This document shows, in pieces, positions 52,500 through 64,000 of a stretch of 64,000 nucleotides of DNA. The stretch spans positions 14,260,001 through 14,324,000 of the forward strand of contig NC_043018.1 in assembly GCF_006345805.1 (NCBI RefSeq), in the 5' to 3' direction. Each line of letters opens with the position of its first letter. The first letter of the stretch is position 1. Both the position numbers and the translations under genes were made by a program. Source of the DNA: Octopus sinensis (Eukaryota). Below the pieces are notes generated by a model. That model did no database searches, had not been told where the DNA came from, and saw only the letters and a program-made list of their open reading frames with translations.

Positions 52500-52985
52500 T
52501 ATCATCATCATCATCCTAGTCAGGTGTTGCACTATGCGATGCTGTGGTCATCACGATGTCTTGCCACCTTCTCCTGTCCCCCACCCCATGGACAGCTGAG
52601 TATAAAGACAATCCTGTGGCTGCGATGTCTTTCAGCCAAGAAGTGGGGGTGGTCTGCCTCTTTTACGTCTGCCATTCACCTTGCCAGTTATGATCGTTCG
52701 CCCAAGTCCATCCCAGCGCATGACGTGGCCAAAGAACCGTAGCTTCTGCTTCGTGAGGTTTCGCCGAAGCTTCATCTCCTAACTGAGCTTTCCTAGTTCC
52801 CAGTTGTTCGTCCTTCTCTCCATCCATGACACTCTAAGGATTCTGCGGTAACACCACATTTCAAAAGAGCTCACTCTTTTTCTCGCCTGCCTTCAACATT
52901 GTCCACGACTTGCAGCCATACAGTGCACTACTTCAACGACAAGTGACCAAGACCTTTTTGCGATTATGTCGTGCTTGAGAAGACC
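52500..52985 (-). mobile_element. RTE-BovB-like LINE 3' fragment
   Basis: LYGCKSWTML..FEMWCYRRILRVSW..RTN..KLRFFGHVMR..GKVNGRRKRGRP; (GAT)n tail. Confidence 0.8.
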
Positions 52986-53892
52986 CAGCAAGCCGAGTGG
53001 AATCATAGTTGTGGCTGATGTTGGTCTCCTGTAACTGGCAACCATGTCGGTGGCACATAAAAAGCACATATTATACATATATGCATGCATTGATGTATGT
53101 ATAAAAACCAAATGTTTATTTTGAAACAGAAGAAAAGAATTTGGCTAAATCTAAGAGAAACATTAGCCTCAGAGAGAGCCTCTACAAGGTTGATCAGGCT
53201 GCTGTGGCCAAAATAACAGGTAAGTCTTCCTAAAAACACACCTTACCAAAGAAAAATATAGTTTCTTGTATACAGGACATATTTGATAATCATGGCTGGA
53301 ACGCCTTTAATTAGTTAAATTTCTTAATACTACTTAATGTCATCATTAATGTAAAGAAAAAAAAAATCAAGTTACACTGTCCAAAAACAATAACGGACAT
53401 TTTCCTTTTATTTTTTTTTTTTTGCTGGTGAAGAGCATTAGTAAATAAAATTTATGAATAACAAAATATATAAAATTCATTAAATTAGACCAGTTTATAT
53501 GTCATGAAAGAAGAGAGAGGTGAATTTTGAAATCTCCAGAGAAATTTCTCGGAACTGCTAAGAGATGTCTTGTTGACCAACATCATCTCAAAATATATAT
53601 TTTTACAAAACCCCAACGATACTCATCATCAACACTGTCCAACATTCTTCTAATTTCAACTCTAAATAGATTGAGATCCTGTCCTTCTCCGGAATCACTG
53701 AACCTTGCCTGCTTTTATCTTTCCATTATGGCTGCATAATGAAATACGGTGTCCCAACAAGTAATTAATATCTACTGACCAAACTGACCAGATCCGGCCA
53801 CCGACATCTCCTGTACGATGTCATTCTAAAACTAAACAAGCACAACCCCAAAATATTAAACCTAGGAGATAATGAACGATTCATTCAAAACT

Positions 53893-54283
53893 GGATGGAT
53901 GGAAGCACTCCGTCGGTTCCGACGACGAGGGTTCCGGTTGATCCGAATCAACGGAACAGCCTGCTCGTGAAATTAACGTGTAAGTGGCTGAGCATTCCAC
54001 AGACACGTATACCCTTAACGTAGTTCTCGGGGATATTCAGCGTGACACAGAGAGTGACAAGGCCGGCCCTTTGAAATACAGGTACAACAGAAACAGGAAG
54101 TAAGAGTGAGAGAAAGTTGTGGTGAAAGAGTACAGCAGGGATCACCACCATCCCCTGCCGGAGCCTCGTGGAGCTTTTAGGTGTTTTCGCTCAATAAACA
54201 CTCACAACGCCCGGTCTGGGAATCAAAACCGCGATCCTATGACCGCGAGTCCGCTGCCCTAACCACTGGGCCATTGCGCCTCC
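53893..54283 (-). mobile_element. SINE family B, tail type iii, young copy
   Basis: 11-bp TSD CATTCAAAACT (53882-53892 / 54284-54294). Confidence 0.9.
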
Positions 54284-54456
54284 CATTCAAAACTATGTGA
54301 ATGAATAAAGCATTCCACGTGACAGAATAATCTGAATGCTAAACGGTTCGTAATAATGAAGATATTTGACTAGAGTTCTTCGTTATTTTTCAAAATTAAC
54401 CGAATCAAAGGCAACATATGTCAACAGGAATCATCATCACCATCATCATTGTTTAA

Positions 54457-54877
54457 CCCTTTCGTTACTGTATTTATTTTGAGATGCTCTGTGTTTCTTC
54501 CGTTTGCCAGCTCCGTCTGACTCCTGTGCGGGTGGCACGTAAAAAGCACCCACTACACTCACGGAGTGGTTGGCGTTAGGAAGGGCATCCAGCCGTAGGA
54601 ACACTGCCAGATCTGACTGGGCCTGATGAAGCCTTCCAGCTTCACAGACCCCAGTTGAACCGTCCAACCCATGCTAGCATGGAGAACGGACGCTAAATGA
54701 TGATGATGATGATAATAACGAATAATTTAGTAAAATAACATGGTTATCATTGAGCTAGTGTTAGGAACATAAATTGTGACTAAGATTTGGTGGAAGATTT
54801 GAATTCAAAACTTATGAAAACAAGACATTTATACTAAAGACCCAGAGCTGGTTTCAGCTGGGTTGGTAACAAAAGGG
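54457..54877. mobile_element. piggyBac-like MITE containing a family-D element
   Basis: TTAA TSD (54453-56 / 54878-81); TIR CCCTTTCGTTAC / GTAACAAAAGGG; insert about 54501-54712. Confidence 0.8.
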
Positions 54878-56199
54878 TTAACATCCGTCTTCCATGCTGG
54901 CATGGGTTGGACGGTTTGACAGGAGCCGGCCAGGTAGAAAGACTAATGTAACCTGTATAATAGAGAGACGATGGCGGTTAAGGAAGAGAGGTAAGGCCAA
55001 GATGTTGAGATATTCCGAACACTATGAGATGGTCGTTATAGGAAGAGATTAAGATCAGTGACGTCATTTGAAGTAGATTGGGGCAGATAAAAGACATTGG
55101 ACTTGAAAATCAGAGACAAACACACAGAGGGGGGGAGGGGGGAGCTTGGTTTGTAATTTTAAAAATTATCAAATGATTGAAAAAAATTTTTTAAAAAATG
55201 AAAATAAGATAATATCATATTATATTACATTAAAAATACACCATAATTGCTCCACAAATTTGAACTGAATTACACACTCAGCCTCAGTTTTAATTTGGTT
55301 TTTTTTTTCTTTCTTTTTTATATATCGTAAACAAGAAAACCAACAAACAAGAATAAAAAAAATAAAAAGTGAAAAAGGATTTTTAAAAAATGGCATCTCA
55401 CACCCCAAAAGAGGATTTTAAAAAAAAAGGTACCAAGTATTAATCAACATGAGTTAAGGACTATGGTAATGTGTGTGTGTTTTACAGTTACATTTTATTA
55501 AATACACAGGCACACTTATATTAAACAATCCTAGTTTAATGACTAATCTTTCTCTAAAAATATGTTCTGATGTGAGTGTGCAGGTCTATACTCTAACGAT
55601 TATACTCTAACCGTTTATCTGTACAGATTCTGAAAGCAATGTAAGTGTTAATTACAACTTCAATTGTTTTAAAAATATACGCAAATAAAACAATCTTGAC
55701 TGACTGATATATATAGAGAGAGAGAGAGAGGAGGGAGACAGAGTTAGACAAACAGGTGATAAGGAAGAAGAGACACAGATATATATATATGGTTCCAAAC
55801 CCAATCACACATTTGAGAAGAAGAAGAGATAAACGTATCACAATGGCCTTGACATGAAACAATGCTGTCACTAAAATAAACATTTTATTCATCGGATCAC
55901 CCCCTACCCCACCACACGCAAACGATGTATGCGCTTGGCGTTTCGCCACAGATGAAAAGAAACGAGAAATAAAAGATTGTGATGGCATATCTAAGTATAT
56001 TCACATGAATCTATGCCTTCACCAGTGAAGACAAAAGGCACACACTGGAACATCTCTACGTTTGAAAATACTCCAAAACCATCATCGGAATTGTCATATT
56101 TCCATGATGTCACAATCGTGATAGAACTTACAAAAAAAAAAAAAAAAAGGATTTACTATTAGCTTAGGCCACCCACAAGGACAATGATGACCGCAATAA

Positions 56200-57780
56200 C
56201 AATAATGGGTCCAAATTTTTGCACAAAGCCAGTAAATTCGGGGAAGGACCTAAGTCAGTGACATGGACCTCAATAGGGGTAACTGGCAATTATTTTACTG
56301 ACCCCTGAAAGGATGACAAGCAAAATTAACCTAGTCAGGAATTGAACTCAGACTGTAAAGACAGACAAAATGCTGGTAGGCATGCTAACGGTTTGTGCCA
56401 TCTCATCACCTTCTATAATAATAATAATAATAATGTTATATTTTGGAAGATGAGAAGAAAACATTTCAAGTCTATCATAATACTTTATTTGGTTAGATGA
56501 GGAAAGAAAGTCTGTAGATGAAACAAAATTAAGAAAAAGATGCTGAACGACTGATATTGTGATTGCTGTTGATGATGATGATGATGATGATGATGCTGTA
56601 TTTTATTGTTTTAATGTTTCTTTTTGGCTAATTATTGTCAGGGATGGAGACAGTCGATTGAAACCCTACTCCAGTACTACATAAGGGTTTTAAATTTTGC
56701 CACAAGGGCAGTCACTTTGGGGGAGGGGACAAATCGATTACATCAACCCCCCTCAGTGTTTCACTGGTACTTAATTTATCAACCCAGAGAGGGTGAAAGG
56801 CAAAGTCCACCTCGGCGGAATTTGAACTCAGAACATAGCGAACGGTGAAATATCACAAAGCATTTCGTCCAGCATGCTAATGATTCTGCCAGCTCACCGT
56901 TTTAAATAATAATAATAATAAAAATCGTTTCTACTAAAAGCATAAGGCCTGAAATTTTGGGGGAAGGGACTGGTCAATTACATCGACCCCAGTATTTCAC
57001 TGGTACTCGGTTTATTGACGACACCAAAAGGATGGAAAGCAAAGTCAACTCACCACCTTAATAATGATGATACTAATAATACTACTAATAAAAATAGATT
57101 CAAAGTTTGGCAAAGCGTCAGCAGACTGAGGGGAGGGGCTAAGTCGATTCCACTGGTCCCAGTATTTGACTGGTATCTATTATACCAACCCCAAAAAGAT
57201 GAAAGGCAGAGTTGAACTCGTTGGAATTTGAACTCACAACATAAAGATGGATGAAATGCCACAAGGCCATTTTGTCCGACATGCCAATGGGTCGGCCAGC
57301 TCTCCACCTTCATAATAATAATAATAATAATCCTTTCTACAATAGGCACAAGGCCTGAAATTTTGGAGGAGGGGGTCTAGTCAATTACATTAACTCTGGT
57401 ACCCAACTGACACTTTATATCATAAACCCCAAAAAAGATGAAAAGCAAAGTCGACCTCAGCAGGACTTGAACTCAGAACATAAAAATGGGGCTAAGCATT
57501 TTGTCTACGATACTGATGGCTCAACCAGCACCCACCATGATGATAACAATAATAATAATAATAATAATAATCCTTTCTACTGGAAGCACAAGGCCACAAA
57601 TTTTGGGGAAGGAATTAAGTCGATTACATCGACCCCAGTGTGTAACTGGTACTTAACCTCCGAAAGGATGAAAGGCAAAGTCGACCTTGGCAGAATTTGA
57701 ACTCAGAGTGTAGTGGCAGGTGAAATACTACTAAGCATTTCACCTGGTGTGCTAATGATTCTGCCAGCTCACCGTTTTAA
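56200..57780 (-). mobile_element. Head-to-tail chain of about six SINE family C copies separated by (TAA)n
   Basis: Copies near 56215-56412, 56680-56898, 56925-57060, 57095-57310, 57335-57535, 57570-57775, all in the same orientation. Confidence 0.8.
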
Positions 57781-57789
57781 ATAATAAAA

Positions 57790-57987
57790 ATAATAGAAAG
57801 AGATTGAAATAGAATGCCCAGTGGAGCTCCTACAGAAAGTCTGTCTTTTAGGGACAGCAAGGATTATCAGGAAGGTTCTAAGCATTTAAAAGACTACAAC
57901 GAACTTTTGGATACCTAAGGTTACAGCTGTCCACATAATTCCTACCAGGAATAAAGCCGAAGCTAAGCCTAACCAAAATAATAACGT
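57790..57987 (+). mobile_element. Dong/R4-type extreme 3' fragment (variant E)
   Basis: IECPVELLQKVCLLGTARIIRKVLSI* followed by a short UTR ending in AATAATAA. Confidence 0.7.
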
Positions 57988-58676
57988 TTTGGCCAAAATG
58001 GTTCTCTGGGAAGTCCTAGAGTATTCTCTGGGATTAGAATATGGTATCTGAAGAATACAGTCAATATTTCTTCATCGTCATTGTCATCAACAAAGTAATC
58101 AATAATCCTGAACGTTTGGTTTCCACTGTATAAGCTGTTGCCAACTGACACTACAACCAACACTGTCACCTGGGACCACTGATTACATCACCACACAAGC
58201 AACAGTGGTCAGAGTCATAACCACCTGTCTGCAATTCTACTGTTTATACAAAGCTTAAAAAGATAGTTTCAAATCTCATTACTTAACAGTTTCAAACAAA
58301 AAAGGTTAAAGGCTAGACACGAAAAGGCCATGTGTGTGTGAGGAAAGAGAGAGAGAGAGAGGGAGTGTGTGTGTGAGGAAAGAGAGAGAGAGAGAGGGAG
58401 TGTGTGTGTGTTAACCATGCCCAAACCCTTCATATTTCCAAGGGGAGCTTGCACTACTGAAGCATACACCTTCATCAGGTATTTGGGGGAACACACACAA
58501 GCATACGCGTGCCTAGCTGATGTTTGTAAAGTGTATTATGTGTGTATCTAAAATGTACACGCAGATATTTCTTACACATTAATAAACGCAACCTGAGTGT
58601 ATATGTGAGTCTACATATTGAGGACAGATAAATACAACATGCCCATAACCAAGCGTATGTAAACGTGTGCCTACAT

Positions 58677-58895
58677 CAGTGCTTTTCAAACTTTTTGCTG
58701 GAGCGGAACCCCAAGGAAACATTCCACTGGCTCGAGGAACCCCTGTGCAATAATTTAATTGTCTTATGCACACATATCTGCACAGGAGACTTAAAAATTA
58801 CAGCCGATTATAGCAGTTTTGTAACTTCTTGCGGAACCCCTGCACTGTATAGACGGAAGCCTAAGGTTCCGCGGAACCCTGGTTGAAAACCACTG
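58677..58895. mobile_element. hAT (Charlie-like) MITE
   Basis: TIRs CAGTGCTTTTCAAAC / GGTTGAAAACCACTG; 8-bp TSD GCCTACAT / GTCTACAT. Confidence 0.8.
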
Positions 58896-59475
58896 GTCTA
58901 CATCGAGTACAAATATACATATGGGAGCCTGAATTCCCTCCACACATATACAGACACCAGAATATAACAGCTGAAAAATTCAGTATTGTACAATATTGTA
59001 AAATAATATTTAACAAGTTTGTGGTGCATAACAACAACAATCCACAGACCAGGAATTGCTCCAAGTACACATGATTTATTAAGTTACAAGTTTGGTATAC
59101 CATAAGACAAACAAACAGATAGACAAACAGACACACACACATATACAGACACACGCATATATTTTCAATACCAAGACATATATACATACATATATATATA
59201 TATATGTTAAATTTGTTTATGATAATGTTTCAACCATGCAAACAAAACTCCCATTCCATTATGCCAGCCACCGTCTAATGATGCTGACTGGTGAACCAGT
59301 TTTTGGGGTTGCATCAAGTTATACCAATATAATGTGGGATAACAATAACAATAATAATAATGATAATAATAATAATCCTAGGTTGGAATTTATAAACATT
59401 CAATGCATTGCATTAACTGTTTATGAATTAATAAATGCAATGTATCAAATGTTTATAAATTCCACCTTAGGACTG

Positions 59476-59800
59476 ACTGGCATCCATGCTAGTGGAGCGC
59501 TAAGAGAACCATCCGAGCGTGATCGTTGCCAGTGTCACTGGACTGGCTCCTGTGCAGGTGGCACATAAAAAAACACCATTTGAGCGTGGCCATTGCCAGT
59601 ACCGCCTGACTGGCCCTCGTGCCGGTGACATGTAAAAGCACCCACTACACTCTCGGAGTGATTGGCATTAGGAAGGACATCCAGCTGTAAAAACTCTGCC
59701 AGATCAGATTGGAGCCTGGCGCAGCCATCTGGTTCACCAGTCCTCAGTCAAATCGTCCAACCCATGCTAGCATGGAAAGCAGACGTTAAACGATGATGAT
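59476..59800 (+). mobile_element. Family D non-autonomous element with RTE-type (GAT)n tail
   Basis: GGCATTAGGAAGGACATCCAGCTGTA...CCCATGCTAGCATGGAAAG..GTTAAACGATGATGAT. Confidence 0.75.
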
Positions 59801-60325
59801 TATAATTATTATCATATATACACACACACATTATCAATACCACATACTTAAATGTGTGTTGCTTAAACACCAGAATCTGTGGGGGTTTTGTCTAGCAAAA
59901 TCCCCTTCAAACTGAAAACCAACAACTCCTGGTATAAACAATTCATGTACATTAAGTATGGGACAGACATTGGCTATATTAAAGAGCTACTTAATTTGCA
60001 TAATTTGATTTTATTCCACACAAACACACACACATACATACAAATAGATAGACACATACAGACATAACACGTGCGTGTGTTTGTGCATGTGTGTATTACT
60101 GATTGTTGGTCATGTGCCAATTGAAAAAAAAAATCACTAAAAATCAAAATGGCGGTGCCCCAGCATGGCCACAGCTCATGAGCTGAAACTAGAATCAATC
60201 AATCAATCAAATATTGAATTTAGTTTTATGAGAATAAAGCTGACAGTGACTTTGTCAGAATGGCAAAACCAACAAGAAATGAAACTTCAAAATCCTTATA
60301 GCATTTACCTTACACACACACTATA

Positions 60326-60715
60326 TCATCATCATCATCATTTAACGTCCGTTTTCCATGCTAGCATGGGTTGGACAGTTTGACCGGGGTCTGGGAAGCC
60401 AGGAGGCTGCACCAAGCTCCAGTCTGATTTGGCAGTGTTTCTACAGTTGGATGTCCTTCCTAACGCCAACCACTCCGTGAGTGTAGTGGGTGCGTTTTAG
60501 GTGCCAGAGGAGGCTGGCAATGGCCATGTTCGGATGGTGCTTTTTATGTGCCACCGGCACGGGTATCGCAACTACAATTTCCATTTGATTTTTATTTTGA
60601 TATTGATGCACTTGACTCAATAGGTCTCCTTAAGCACAGCAGGTCGCCCTACAATCCAAGGTAAGCACAGCAGGCCGTCCTGCGATCCAAGGTACCTTGG
60701 ATGGCTGGGGCTGCT
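60326..60715 (-). mobile_element. Family D element, inverted relative to the 59476 copy
   Basis: Reverse complement of the same body; internal 31-bp duplication near 60631-60692. Confidence 0.75.
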
Positions 60716-61910
60716 ATTATATATATATATATATGTATATATAAAAACACACACATTATACTGATAAAATGCAACACACAATGACAATAAAGGAACATGC
60801 ATAAAACACAGGAAAACAGACACAATGGACATGCTGAACCCCTCATCAGTTGTCAACCAAAAATCATCACAATTTTGATACCATCAATAATATTGCTCAA
60901 TTTGGCAGCGTCAGCAACATAAGCTTCTGGGGTATGAATGAGCAGACATGGAAGATGAATGCAAATAAGGGTAAAGAGGACAGGTACAAAAAATGTGAAT
61001 GGTTAAAAGGACGAGTTACGAGAACAGCAAAAAATATATAAAACAAGAAGAAAGCTAAGACAGTAACAAAAAAATACGTAATAAACACAGACATTTGTAT
61101 TCATAAAAGTCTGGGACAAACATATACAAAAGCTTATATATATATATACACATACACACACACAGATTTACAAAACATACATTAATACAAATATGTATGC
61201 AGGTGTGTAATTTAAAAGAGGGTGAGATGCCAGTTAAAATATCATTTATGAAAATGTTTTGTTTTTTTTCTTTTTGTTCTTTTATCTTGTAGAAGTTGGG
61301 GAAAGTGTGATAGAAGTGGTGGAAGGAAATATGGAGCAGATGTAACAGGAGGGGGGGAGAGGAAAAAAGATAAGGAAAAAAACGAGTGCATTTTTGTTTT
61401 TTTACCAAAAAAAAAAAAAAAATCAACATTTATCGACAGCTCAGGTAAGATATGGATGGTCGAACCGTCAAAGCAATTGATAAAATATCGATCCTTCCAT
61501 GAGAACACTTTTGGTTTCTGGGGGGTTTTTTTTTCACATTTTTGTCACGTTTTTTTTTCTATTTTTTTTTAACTTCAATGTTTTTTTTTTTTCAGGATTT
61601 TTTTTTTTTCACTTATATTTTATTCTTATATATTTTTATTTTATTTTTATTTTCGCTTTTTGAGCTGAAATTCTAATCAGCAATAAAGTACTTGCTCAAG
61701 CTAAGATGTTAACCCTACCCCACCGTCACCCTGTCATTGCACTAATCCCCTCACCCGCTAAAAACACAACAAAAGAAAATGTATTTCCATTTTATCAGGG
61801 AGCTGTGAGGTAAGGTACAGACTAAGTTTCTCTCTATCAGCAGTACTAGTTGATATTTTTTTTTTTGGGGGGGGGGTATTTTTACTTGTTTTTAAGACAT
61901 AAAGTAATTA

Positions 61911-63880
61911 TTAGGCTTCTGACACAGAGATCACAGGGGTACCTGCTGTGTTGTGTGCCTGTTTCACATTGTCATTCACCCGATCTTCTTTGTCAGAAAC
62001 AAGATTGGAACCAGATTTCTGTTCCAACTTGAATTCCTCCAGTTTGGCAGATGCCACTGCTTCAACTTCCTGCTGTTTTTGTAGAGAATCCTCATCAATA
62101 AGACTGGCCGGCACATTGTTGCTGACGTGTCCACTGACCGATGGCTTTGCTTCTGATTGTCCAGCTGTTGTTGCTTCTGTTGATGGCTCCACTTTAGAAA
62201 CAGAGGTTTGGAAAAGTTCCGTTGCAGCACCAGATTCCGTTTCAGTGCCACCATCTTCAGTGTTATTGTTTTGGCTCACAACAGGCGACTCTTCCTCCTT
62301 ATAGATAGATGACACTTTCTGGTGGCACATGGGACAAGCATCCTTCACATAGAGCCACTTTCGCAGACAGAACCCGTGGAAGAAGTGGTTGCACTTGGTA
62401 ATCCGAGCGACAGTCATCTCCTGGAAGCATATCGCACACACATCTCCGTGCGTTTTCAACTGCTCCTGGCTGGCACATGGCATCGATTCCAGCATCTTGA
62501 CAGCCTCCCGCCGTTGCAGGAAGCTCTTCCAGCCACTCTGCAGTCGCTGCCAGACATTGAAGTAACAGTGAATGATGAGGATGGACGAGTTGATCCAGCT
62601 CCACACACCGAACAGCGTCTCCTTCAGTCCGTAACACACAACAAAAACGGCAACGATGAACTCGAGAACACGAGTGGTCGACCGAGCGTAGTAGATGACG
62701 TCATCGAGCGACTCCCACGGCTCATTGCGTACGTAGTCATACATGAAGAGGACGTAGATAGCAAGGGAGCCGATGACCTGCACAGAGGTCAGCAAACAGC
62801 TGGAGATGATAACGAGCAACCAGAAGTCGAGGTCAAGGTACTGACAGATCATGTACGTCATGTAGAGAGGAAACATCCAGAGGAAAGTACACAGTACAAC
62901 GGCCCTCAAATGTTTAAAGATGCTGCCATTCCGAGAAGCACTAAGGGTCAAGAGGATGGGGTCGGTCATCTCGTACATGGATTGAATCAAAGACGAAGCC
63001 ACAATGAACAACAAGATACTCATAAGAAAGGCACGCTGCAAGGGCCGTAGCTCTAAAAGACCAGTCTGCATTGCAATCAGCAGCATTGTGAAGCCCTCAG
63101 TCCATCCTCGCATTCCATCGTTGTCATGGCCAATGGCATTCCAGCCTTGCAAGTAGAGTTTAGTGAGGGTCAGGATGTAGTAGGATGCATAAGAGATTGT
63201 GACACACAGTGCAAACAGACTGACCGGTGTTGCACAGCACTCACCAATACTAGCCAAGACCATCACCAGCCAACCCTCCTGGATGATCGGGTTGTTTTCA
63301 GCACTCAGGTATATGTAGAGCTGTGTGCAAAACAGAACCATCCAGAACAAGAGAAGCTGTGTGGGTAACATTATTGTGTGCCACAGAGAGACAATTATCG
63401 GTAGCCAGCCTGTGGCATTTATTATTTGCCACAGACGATTGATTTCTGATTTGACAAAATCCAAAGTGCAGCTGAGACTATTGAACAGGTGCAGAAGAAT
63501 GACGGAAATAATGACAGTCGAAGCAACATTGTGGACAGCGCTCAGGTGTTCGACAGGAACACCTGCCAGGTGGGCCAACACAGGTGTAGAGAATGCCAGA
63601 GTCAAGTATTTTGTCCAATTTTTAATGTCTAGCAGGTAGGCTATCAGGGCTCCTATGAGCCATTGGATGCAAAGATACAAGAGTAATTCTTGAATGCGAG
63701 CCGGGTTCTCACGCAAATCATTGAAAGGAGAATGGTCGAAGCCCAAGGTCTTCTCATCCTCGACGTAGGAAAAGGACACATGGTAACTTACTGTCAGGAG
63801 CAGCGCACTGACTAAGTACATGTAGAAGTTGACCAGTTTCTTCAGTGGTAACACAGCAAGTGTTATGGCCAAAATGAAAG
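61911..63880 (-). CDS. RNF145: Terminal coding exon of RING finger protein 145-like (TRC8-family) sterol-sensing E3 ubiquitin ligase
   Basis: Multi-pass TM region (TEG.T.LL.A.QTGL.EL, FWLL.IISS, DDVIYY, GWKSFL.RR.AV) and RING-H2 CAIC..CNHFFH..CLRKWLYV.D.CPMCH; polypyrimidine tract + TTTCAG acceptor ending at 63881 (phase 1); TAA stop 61911-61913. The ORF-track start at 63983 is intronic TA repeat. Confidence 0.9.
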
Positions 63881-64000
63881 CTGAAATAAAAAAAAAAAAA
63901 AAAACATCAAAAATGTAGTAACGATATATGTATATAGATATATAAACAAAGATATAGATATATGCACATAGATAGATATACATATACTGATATATATATA

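Noticed and set aside
61948-63639. Plus-strand ORFs overlapping RNF145 (up to 242 aa)
   Set aside because: Antisense shadow frames of a long coding exon; no recognisable domains
63881-63983. N-terminal 34 aa of the 690-aa ORF
   Set aside because: Translated intronic TA repeat and polypyrimidine tract upstream of the TTTCAG acceptor

Overview
Eukaryotic, AT-rich, microsatellite- and transposon-saturated DNA. The SINE families and (TA)n density look like an octopod cephalopod (inference). The only host gene is a 1.97-kb terminal coding exon of an RNF145-type sterol-sensing RING-H2 E3 ligase on the minus strand at the right end. The rest is a layered TE graveyard: (TAA)n-associated Dong/R4-type RLE LINEs of at least five variants, a near-complete RTE LINE plus a short internally deleted derivative of it, RTE-X/BovB/Tx1 fragments, Penelope-like element (PLE) remnants, a decayed Rep-Pif1 Helitron with nested insertions, several non-autonomous Helitrons, mariner copies, hAT and piggyBac MITEs, and four SINE-like families. 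There is one 100-N assembly gap. The most striking signal is at 20742-21330: a TSD-flanked insertion containing a ~360-nt unit with a minimal type I hammerhead ribozyme (U3-A8 covariant core) plus an inverted copy that spans the unit's end-to-start junction, as expected for a retrozyme/PLE pseudo-LTR from a tandem or circular RNA template. Four more hammerhead-like motifs with different core variants lie within the next 15 kb. All alignments and folds were done by eye.
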